Positions 57,286-64,000 of a DNA stretch of 64,000 bases are shown piece after piece. This stretch comes from a virus. The translations under genes and the position numbers were made by a program. Under the pieces are notes generated by a model, which saw only the letters and a list, made by a program, of their open reading frames with translations, did not search any database and had not been told where the DNA came from. Position 1 is the first letter of the stretch; each line of letters opens with the position of its first letter. Where the stretch lies: the IMG/VR virus record IMGVR_UViG_3300032316_000329, positions 64,001 through 128,000 of that record; one strand, written 5' to 3'.

Positions 57286-59079
57286 ATGAATATGAAAAAA
57301 TATTTCCCTTGGGTGCTGTTGATTGCCGTTACTATTGGTCTTGCAATCTTTATGATGGAAGGCCAGGGAAAGAAGGCAGTTGCGGATGTCAACTTTACAG
57401 ATTTTATTGCTCAGGTTGACCGTAATAACGTTCATGACGTTATCATTAGTGGTTCACATGTTGTAGGACATTTTAGAGATAGTAATAGGGTTTTTACAAC
57501 TACTATTGCAGGCATTTCATCACTATTACCTCGGTTAGAGGAACATAATGTTAACATTGAGATTAAAGGAGAAGGTGAGGATTCTTTCTGGACCACACTC
57601 TTTCTTAATGCTTTCCCTATGTTTATTTTTATTGCTGTTTGGATTTACTTTGCTCGTAGAGGTACCGGCGGCCCTGGTGGTATCTCCGCATTTGGTAAGT
57701 CAAAGGCCAAACTACTAACAGAGGCCACAGGCACAAAGACATTTGAAGATGTTGCTGGTGTTGATGAAGCAAAGGAAGACCTACAAGAGGTTGTAGAGTT
57801 TCTACAGGATCCCGGTAAGTTTGAACGTCTCGGTGGTCGTATTCCAAAGGGTGTTCTACTCGTTGGTCCACCTGGCACAGGTAAGACATTGCTTGCCCGT
57901 GCCGTTGCTGGTGAAGCAGGTGTTCCATTCTTCTCTATCTCTGGTTCAGACTTTGTTGAAATGTTTGTGGGTGTGGGTGCTTCCCGTGTCCGTGACATGT
58001 TTGAACAGGCCAAGAAAAACGCACCATGCATTATCTTCATTGACGAAATTGATGCCGTTGGTCGCTCCCGTGCCAATGGTATCTCAGGTAACGATGAAAG
58101 AGACCAGACACTAAACGCCATGCTGGTTGAAATGGACGGTTTCAATGATAATGAAGGTATCATTGTTATTGCTGCTACAAACCGTGTGGATGTTCTAGAT
58201 GCTGCATTAACACGTCCTGGTCGTTTTGACCGTCAGATTCAGGTTCCTAATCCTGACTTTGTTGGTCGTGAGAAAATCCTTAAAGTTCATTCTCGCAAGG
58301 TTCCAATCGGTCCTGATGTCAACCTCAAGACAGTTGCAAAGGGCACACCAGGGTTCTCTGGAGCAGACCTGGCGAACCTTGTAAACGAGGCCGCACTACT
58401 AGCAGCAAGACGTTCAAAGCGTATTGTTACTGCTAAGGAGTTTGAAGATGCCCGAGATAAAATCCTCATGGGTGCCGAGCGCCGAACTCTATTGATGACC
58501 GAAGAAGAAAAGAGTATGACTGCCTATCACGAAGCAGGTCACGCCCTTGTCTCTATGCGTATGCCTGCATCCACCCCTATTCATAAGGCAACAATCATTC
58601 CTCGTGGTCGTGCATTAGGTATGGTTCAGTCTCTACCAGAACGTGACCGTATCTCTATGCATTATGAAGAAATGATTGCTCAACTTGCTATGGCAATGGG
58701 TGGTCGTGTAGCAGAGGAATTAATCTTTGGTAAAGACAAGGTATCTTCTGGTGCTTCTGGTGATATTCAGCAAGCAACCCAGTTGGCCCGTGCCATGGTT
58801 ACCGAGTATGGGTTCTCCTCCAAGTTAGGAAGAATGGCATATACAACACCTAATGCTGATATGTTTCATACACCTAAGATTTCGGAGAAAACACAAGAAA
58901 CGGTAGATAAAGAAGTCCTTAAACTTGTAGAAGAAGGATATGATACTGCTAAGAAAATCTTGACGGATGAAAAGAAACATCTTGACACAATAGCAAAAAG
59001 TCTGATAGAATATGAAACTCTATCAGGTAATGAACTCAAGGACTTGTTAGAAGGAAAGAAGCCAACAAGAGATTATTGA
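57286..59079 (+). CDS. ftsH: ATP-dependent zinc metalloprotease FtsH (full length, 2 TM)
   Basis: Two TM helices; GPPGTGKT; FIDEID; ATNR..LD.AL.RPGRFD; HEAGH; GGR.AEE. Confidence 0.97.
   Translation: MNMKKYFPWVLLIAVTIGLAIFMMEGQGKKAVADVNFTDFIAQVDRNNVHDVIISGSHVVGHFRDSNRVFTTTIAGISSLLPRLEEHNVNIEIKGEGEDSFWTTLFLNAFPMFIFIAVWIYFARRGTGGPGGISAFGKSKAKLLTEATGTKTFEDVAGVDEAKEDLQEVVEFLQDPGKFERLGGRIPKGVLLVGPPGTGKTLLARAVAGEAGVPFFSISGSDFVEMFVGVGASRVRDMFEQAKKNAPCIIFIDEIDAVGRSRANGISGNDERDQTLNAMLVEMDGFNDNEGIIVIAATNRVDVLDAALTRPGRFDRQIQVPNPDFVGREKILKVHSRKVPIGPDVNLKTVAKGTPGFSGADLANLVNEAALLAARRSKRIVTAKEFEDARDKILMGAERRTLLMTEEEKSMTAYHEAGHALVSMRMPASTPIHKATIIPRGRALGMVQSLPERDRISMHYEEMIAQLAMAMGGRVAEELIFGKDKVSSGASGDIQQATQLARAMVTEYGFSSKLGRMAYTTPNADMFHTPKISEKTQETVDKEVLKLVEEGYDTAKKILTDEKKHLDTIAKSLIEYETLSGNELKDLLEGKKPTRDY
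58982..59011 (+). promoter_or_regulatory. Putative sigma70 promoter inside the ftsH 3' end, serving gp46
   Basis: TTGACA-18 bp-TAGAAT with a TG extension. Confidence 0.55.
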
Positions 59080-60800
59080 TGATTACTTTTCATTATGTCA
59101 AGTGGAAAAACTTTTTATCTGCTGGTAATAATTTTACTGAGATAGAACTAGACACACACAAGAATACCCTTATTATGGGACACAATGGGTCGGGGAAGTC
59201 AACCTTCCTCGACGCATTAACTTTTGCTCTATTCGGCAAACCTTTTCGTAAGGTAAACAAGGGTAATGTCGTTAACTCTATCAACCAAAAGAACTGCGAG
59301 GTTCAGATTGAGTTTACTATTTCCAATAAGAGATACAAAGTTATTCGTGGTGTAAAACCGAACATCTTTGAAATCTTTTGTGAAAGTGTTATGGTGAATC
59401 AAGATGCGGCCGCCAAGGACTACCAGGATTACCTTGAGAAGCACATTCTCAAGATGAACTTTAAATCATTCACACAGATTGTTATTCTAGGATCGGCCTC
59501 GTTTACTCCGTTTATGCAACTATCTCCCAATGACCGTAGAACTATCATCGAGGATCTTTTAGATATCCAAATCTTCTCGGCTATGTCTACTGTTGTTAAG
59601 AACCGATTACAATTGAACCGTGAAGGCCTAGAGAAGAATAGAATTACACTTACCAGCAAAGAAGAAAATAAAACTTACATTGAAACTACCTTAGCATCAT
59701 TAAGAGTAAATAATGAAGATAAACTTTCTCAATTGAGAGAAAAAGAACAGGAACTAAAAGATAGTTTAGTTTCCGAAAAATCAACAATTTCCCAGTTAGA
59801 GAATCAAAGAGATAAAATTTTAGAGAATGGTATTGACCTTACACCATTAAAGTCTAAGCATTCCAAACTAATTGGTTTCAAGGCCAAAATGGAAGGTAAT
59901 ATTGAGCGTATTCAAAAAGATAACTCGTTTTTTGAGACGAATGATACTTGTCCCACTTGCCGTCAGAGCATTGAAGAATCATTCAAAAAAGAAACAATCA
60001 ATTCTAACGAAAAGAAGATTACAGAAATTGATGATGGACTAAATAAGGTTTCCGAACAGATAGACTCAGTTCTAGCCGAGATAGAGAAAATAGATGCTGT
60101 CCTCCGAGAGATCAACCAAATTAAAATGGATCTTTCATCTGCTAATTCTACCTATAACAATATCTCTAATAATCTTAAACAAATTGTGGGTCAGATTGAG
60201 ACCTTCGCAGGATCAGACAAGACAACACAAGATAGCGAACGACAACTTGAAACCGTCCAATATGATATTTCCACCCTCGAAGAAGAAAAGAAGGCCCTTC
60301 TAGATGAAAGACAATATGTGGATTTGGCAACAACTCTTCTTAAAGACGGTGGCATTAAGACCAAGATTATTAAACAATATCTACCTATCATCAATAAGCA
60401 TATCAACAAATACCTGGCCAAACTGGGTTTCTTTGTTAACTTTAACATCAATGAATCCTTTGAAGAATCTATCAAGTCTAGATACAGAGACGAGTTCTCC
60501 TATCACAATTTCTCCGAAGGTGAGAAGTTGCGAATTGATTTGGCCATTCTACTGACATGGAGACAAATTGCCAAACTAAAGAACTCCGTAAATGTTAACA
60601 TTATTGTGTTTGATGAAATCCTTGACCGTGCTATGGACAATACTGGCATTGACGAGTTTATGAAGATTATGTGGGATGACCTGGGTAAAGATTCCAATGT
60701 CTTTGTCATTTCTCATAAGGAAACTATGACCGAAAGATTCCAAAGGACTCTTCGTTTTGAAAAGGTGAAAAACTTTAGTAGCTTGACAAAAGAGACCTGA
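59076..60800 (+). CDS. gp46: Recombination ATPase subunit (Rad50/SbcC-like)
   Basis: WKNFLS.GN; G.NGSGKST; CPTC zinc hook; FSEGEK.RIDLA; FDE; ISH. Confidence 0.96.
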   Translation: MMITFHYVKWKNFLSAGNNFTEIELDTHKNTLIMGHNGSGKSTFLDALTFALFGKPFRKVNKGNVVNSINQKNCEVQIEFTISNKRYKVIRGVKPNIFEIFCESVMVNQDAAAKDYQDYLEKHILKMNFKSFTQIVILGSASFTPFMQLSPNDRRTIIEDLLDIQIFSAMSTVVKNRLQLNREGLEKNRITLTSKEENKTYIETTLASLRVNNEDKLSQLREKEQELKDSLVSEKSTISQLENQRDKILENGIDLTPLKSKHSKLIGFKAKMEGNIERIQKDNSFFETNDTCPTCRQSIEESFKKETINSNEKKITEIDDGLNKVSEQIDSVLAEIEKIDAVLREINQIKMDLSSANSTYNNISNNLKQIVGQIETFAGSDKTTQDSERQLETVQYDISTLEEEKKALLDERQYVDLATTLLKDGGIKTKIIKQYLPIINKHINKYLAKLGFFVNFNINESFEESIKSRYRDEFSYHNFSEGEKLRIDLAILLTWRQIAKLKNSVNVNIIVFDEILDRAMDNTGIDEFMKIMWDDLGKDSNVFVISHKETMTERFQRTLRFEKVKNFSSLTKET

Positions 60801-60811
60801 TAGTCTATGAT
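60783..60811 (+). promoter_or_regulatory. Sigma70 promoter
   Basis: TTGACA-17 bp-TATGAT. Confidence 0.75.
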
Positions 60812-60834
60812 ATAGACCGTCGAAAGGAAAATCT

Positions 60835-61134
60835 ATGTTCAATAAGGAAATGATCCGAACATTGGCTGAATCCGAACGAATGATGGACCGAGGCGAAACT
60901 CCATTTGTTTGGATGATGTCTAATGGCGGACAATATGAACGAATGGCCGTTGCTCCTCAAATTATGGAAGAATTAGGATTAGAACAAGGTCAAACAATTA
61001 ACACTATCATACAGGATGCCATAGCACAACTATCTTTACAATTACTTGCTGAAAGATTGGATAAACTTGTTGAACAGGCACAAGATAGTTTACTAGATGA
61101 AAACTTTGACTTTCGTAAGGAGATGGATAAGTGA
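60835..61134 (+). CDS. Hypothetical protein
   Basis: 99 aa; SD AAGGA. Confidence 0.65.
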   Translation: MFNKEMIRTLAESERMMDRGETPFVWMMSNGGQYERMAVAPQIMEELGLEQGQTINTIIQDAIAQLSLQLLAERLDKLVEQAQDSLLDENFDFRKEMDK

Positions 61135-61244
61135 TTACTATTGTATATAATACACAGTATGGTTATCAGACATATAATCTAGATAATCTTTGGACTGGCC
61201 TTTTGCAAATGGGTGATGTGAATGTTAACCTCGAAACAAATTGA
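61131..61244 (+). CDS. Possible 37-aa protein
   Basis: GTG overlapping the upstream stop; not in ORF track. Confidence 0.3.
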   Translation: MITIVYNTQYGYQTYNLDNLWTGLLQMGDVNVNLETN

Positions 61245-61461
61245 ATTTTTCTTTGAGTGGGTTTCTACCTTCATTCTGTTGGCAGGTGCTGCTCTAACAT
61301 CTTTAAACATCTATCCTATGAATGTCTTCCTTTCATTGGCAGGCAATCTAGGGTGGTTAGTAGTTTCTCTAATGTGGCGTAAGCCCTCACTAATAGTAAT
61401 CCAGTTAGTGATATCCTTTATCTATGTTGCTGGTCTAATCGATAAAGGAGTTATTCTATGA
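61222..61461 (+). CDS. Small 3-TM membrane protein
   Basis: EW..T..LL.GA.LTS.NIYP.N.....GN..W....W....L; hydrophobic. Confidence 0.65.
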   Translation: MLTSKQIEFFFEWVSTFILLAGAALTSLNIYPMNVFLSLAGNLGWLVVSLMWRKPSLIVIQLVISFIYVAGLIDKGVIL

Positions 61462-61565
61462 GATATAATCACTGGTTCTGGAATAGTAGATTTATGAATT
61501 GCGTGGCCCGTTTATTCGTCAATGCTAACAACTATATCTGGAGTAAGCAGTATGGCAAAAACTGA
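61458..61565 (+). CDS. 35-aa protein (MRYNHWFWNSRFMNCVARLFVNANNYIWSKQYGKN)
   Basis: SD AAGGAG, ATGA overlap with upstream gene; not in ORF track. Confidence 0.5.
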   Translation: MRYNHWFWNSRFMNCVARLFVNANNYIWSKQYGKN

Positions 61566-61728
61566 TCCATATAAAACACATAGTTATTCCCAAGATTACA
61601 TATTGATGACTGCCTTTCAAACAGAAATTAATAGCTTGACAGTCCGCAAAAATAATGATAATATAACACCTATAGTTGAAGAATACCTTAGAGACCGTGT
61701 AAAAGAGATTAAAGAACGATGGAAGTAA
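61552..61728 (+). CDS. Hypothetical protein
   Basis: ATG 61552 after GGAG; contains TTGACA-17-TAATAT promoter (61636-61664). Confidence 0.55.
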   Translation: MAKTDPYKTHSYSQDYILMTAFQTEINSLTVRKNNDNITPIVEEYLRDRVKEIKERWK

Positions 61729-61898
61729 ATGTCGGCGACTTCTACTACCATAAACATATGTATCAAAAGTTCCAAGTTATGGCGATTGATAGTAATTATG
61801 TATGGTTGAAAAGTGAAGAATATTACCTCACTACAACTATAGGCGAATTGGAGAAAGAAAAGGCACCACTGCCTTTACCTGATAATGGAGTTAAGTGA
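61719..61898 (+). CDS. 59-aa protein (MEVNVGDFYYHKH..)
   Basis: Fills the gap between neighbours; not in ORF track. Confidence 0.5.
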   Translation: MEVNVGDFYYHKHMYQKFQVMAIDSNYVWLKSEEYYLTTTIGELEKEKAPLPLPDNGVK

Positions 61899-63158
61899 TT
61901 GGCAAAAAGTGAAGATGAACTAAAAGATGTTGAACGCCAGTGGGATCAGTTTCAAGAAACATTTGTAGCACCAGAGGCCCTTAATGATGACCAACTAAAA
62001 AAGGCCGTCGTTGAGGACCTTACAAATGTTTCCGCAATGACTGTAGAGGAATATACTCTCTATCAAAAGTGGCTTGAAATTCATATCAAGTATCCTACAC
62101 ATGAAGCTCTATTCGGTACCTGTTTACAAGATGGTGAACAGGAACTTGCAATCAATAAGATTAAAGATAACATCTGGATTCCTAATGATCCAATGGACTA
62201 TGCGAAACTGAAACCAGTCCTTGTATATACTCCTGAGTTTGATATGCAAGACACTTGGAACACTATTCGTAACTTTACCTCAACTATGAAGAACAACTCC
62301 AACATCGGCCGTAATTTATCTTATATTGTGCAGGATGATGTTACAGGTAAATATCTTGGTGTTATTTGCATTTCATCGGACTTTCTTGATCTTACACCAA
62401 GAGATAACCATATTGGTTGGTCCCGTGAGGTAAAGACTAATCAAGGTATGATTAATCACACGGCCATTGGTTCTACTATTGTGCCTTTACAACCTCTTGG
62501 TTATAATTATACAGGCGGTAAACTTTTAGCATTACTTTGTCTTTGTGATAAGGTACAACAAGATTGGAAAAAACAATATGGTGATACACTCATTGGCGTT
62601 ACTACTACATCATTATATGGTAAGTCTAAAACTAACCAGTTATCGCAGTATGATCGCCTACAACATTGGAAGAAAATGGGCTTCACATCAGGCTCTGTCT
62701 CTTATGAAGCAAGAAAACCTACTGTAAAATTAATGCTTGATTGGTTGAAGAAGAACCATACAAGGAAATACTTTGAGTGGTATGTTGCAAAGAACCTTGA
62801 CGGTATGCCTTACAAAAGAGACCACAAGAACCGATCCTATACATTTATGTATTCTCAGTTAAATGTTCCTAAAGAGTTGATTAGATCCGAGCACGCCCGT
62901 GGTATCTATTTCAGTCCTTTATACACAAACACAAATGAATTCCTACGTAAGGAAATTACCGAAGATAAACTTGCCAAAGCATTTGATTCCAGTTATGATG
63001 CACTGGTTGGTCTATGGAAAGACAAGTATGCAGCAAAACGGATCAAGTCCTTAGTTGAACAAGACCGTGTTTCTAAGGAAACTCTTTTCTATGATGACCT
63101 AATCTATATGGATTGGCAACAAACTAAAGACAAATATCTGGGCCAGGTTGGGAGATAA
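61899..63158 (+). CDS. DUF4338 / Druantia DruA-like protein
   Basis: GR.L...V.D..TGKYLG.I...SD.....PRD..IGW; IVP.QP.GYNY.GGKLLALL; W...YGD.L.GVTTTSLYG..SQY. Confidence 0.75.
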   Translation: MAKSEDELKDVERQWDQFQETFVAPEALNDDQLKKAVVEDLTNVSAMTVEEYTLYQKWLEIHIKYPTHEALFGTCLQDGEQELAINKIKDNIWIPNDPMDYAKLKPVLVYTPEFDMQDTWNTIRNFTSTMKNNSNIGRNLSYIVQDDVTGKYLGVICISSDFLDLTPRDNHIGWSREVKTNQGMINHTAIGSTIVPLQPLGYNYTGGKLLALLCLCDKVQQDWKKQYGDTLIGVTTTSLYGKSKTNQLSQYDRLQHWKKMGFTSGSVSYEARKPTVKLMLDWLKKNHTRKYFEWYVAKNLDGMPYKRDHKNRSYTFMYSQLNVPKELIRSEHARGIYFSPLYTNTNEFLRKEITEDKLAKAFDSSYDALVGLWKDKYAAKRIKSLVEQDRVSKETLFYDDLIYMDWQQTKDKYLGQVGR

Positions 63159-63159
63159 A

Positions 63160-63678
63160 ATGGCACACTATGATCTTTTTGACGGTAGTATAAAACTAAG
63201 TGAATTTGATCTTGCTAAAGAGGTTTATATTTCTTTGGAAAGAAAAGAACTCATAAGAGTTACGGGTGAAAAAACAGAGAAAGGAGTTTCTCTAAGTGTG
63301 GGTTTAGATGAAATTCCTCAAGTTGCAGGAAATTATCTGATATATTATAAGGATAGTTTCAATCAATATATTTGTGTATATGCTGGAGAATCAAATTCAG
63401 AAGAAGGAGGCCTGCGTTACAGAATATATAGATTTGTAAAAGAATTGGCCGACATGTCGAGAGATGATGAAGGACATAGTGCCGCAAAGAAAATAAGACA
63501 ATTAGGATTACTTAGACATGATGATGATATCTATGTAAGATATATAACAAAGTTGGAAATGTATTACATCGTTGCAAGTACCTTATGTAATCATTTGCAT
63601 TTGGTGTTGAGAAATATTGATGAGTGCATTGCCCATTTAGCCGGTGCAATCTTTAATAAGAGAGTGAAAAAGGCATGA
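63160..63678 (+). CDS. GIY-YIG-like nuclease
   Basis: GNYLIY..CVYAGES...LRYRI..F; ATG 63160 after GGAG. Confidence 0.5.
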   Translation: MAHYDLFDGSIKLSEFDLAKEVYISLERKELIRVTGEKTEKGVSLSVGLDEIPQVAGNYLIYYKDSFNQYICVYAGESNSEEGGLRYRIYRFVKELADMSRDDEGHSAAKKIRQLGLLRHDDDIYVRYITKLEMYYIVASTLCNHLHLVLRNIDECIAHLAGAIFNKRVKKA

Positions 63679-63812
63679 AATATACACCAACATACTTTAA
63701 CTTTGATGGATTAGAATTTAAACAGGAAATATTGGAAATATTCCTTACCGTAGCGGTTGTTTACATTCTAATATTCACTACCGCCTGGGTTTACAATCGA
63801 CTAGACCGCTAA
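63675..63812 (+). CDS. 45-aa single-TM protein
   Basis: MKYTPTYF..IFLTVAVVYILIFTTAWVY; ATGA overlap; not in ORF track. Confidence 0.5.
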   Translation: MKYTPTYFNFDGLEFKQEILEIFLTVAVVYILIFTTAWVYNRLDR

Positions 63813-63861
63813 CCTACTGATTCCATTTGGACTTGACAAACCAGTTTCGATTTGCTATAAT
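63810..63861 (+). promoter_or_regulatory. Strong early sigma70 promoter with an upstream IHF-like site
   Basis: TTGACA (63833)-17 bp-TATAAT with TG extension; 63810-63822 on the minus strand reads AATCAGTAGGTTA (WATCARNNNNTTR). Confidence 0.8.
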
Positions 63862-63885
63862 ACTGAAAATCGAGAAAGGTTATCA

Positions 63886-64000
63886 ATGAAAACGGAATCA
63901 CAGTCTCTACTAGCTAAACTGCTGGCTACGGAAAATATTACGGTTCAACAAACACCCGGTATTAAAACGGCAATGTTTGACCTCAAGAACCGTGTCCTTA
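63886..64000 (+). CDS. N-terminus (partial) of the T4-like metallopeptidase/VWA (CobT-like) protein
   Basis: SLLAKLLATENITV....TAMFDLKNRVL. Confidence 0.75.
   Translation, partial: MKTESQSLLAKLLATENITVQQTPGIKTAMFDLKNRVL

Noticed and set aside
57629-58469. Overlapping ORFs within ftsH, and similar ones within gp17, gp22, gp23 and gp46
   Set aside because: Shadow frames of strongly conserved, codon-biased genes.
1-64000. tRNA, rRNA, IS/transposase or integrase
   Set aside because: Intergenic spaces are short, and no cloverleaf or recombinase motifs were recognised by eye; tRNAscan-SE and Infernal would be needed to exclude them formally.

Overview
This window is part of a large, AT-rich T4-like myovirus genome. 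An FtsH whose sequence looks alphaproteobacterial suggests an alphaproteobacterial host (inference). Region 1-26 kb is an expanded tail-fibre/adhesin island: Asn/Ala-rich coiled-coil fibres, three Gly-rich adhesins, tail-fibre chaperones, five 2OG-Fe(II) oxygenases and three 7-repeat RCC1-like propeller genes with a constant framework and hypervariable sites. Region 26-32.6 kb is a modification cluster: methyltransferase, TPR-glycosyltransferase, YkgJ-like protein, GT2, sulfotransferase and APS kinase, plus an inverted hldE-cupin-hldD ADP-heptose cassette. Region 32.6-52.3 kb is the T4-like neck/packaging/tail/head block (gp13-gp23, gp3); gp20 carries an in-frame TAA, and modular internal-head polyproteins lie between gp20 and gp21. 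Region 52.3-64 kb holds uvsY, uvsW, gp55, gp47, an inserted ftsH, gp46, a DUF4338/DruA-like gene, a GIY-YIG-like gene and small early genes under near-consensus sigma70 promoters. The strongest candidate novelties are: (1) a phage-encoded pathway for decorating virion proteins (prolyl hydroxylation, heptosylation/glycosylation, sulfation, methylation) co-located with its probable fibre substrates; (2) an antibody-like hypervariable RCC1 repeat repertoire; (3) a candidate R-loop origin with a primosome-assembly-like hairpin element between uvsW and gp55. No tRNA, CRISPR array, integrase or reverse transcriptase was seen. All family assignments come from recognising motifs by eye, not from database searches.
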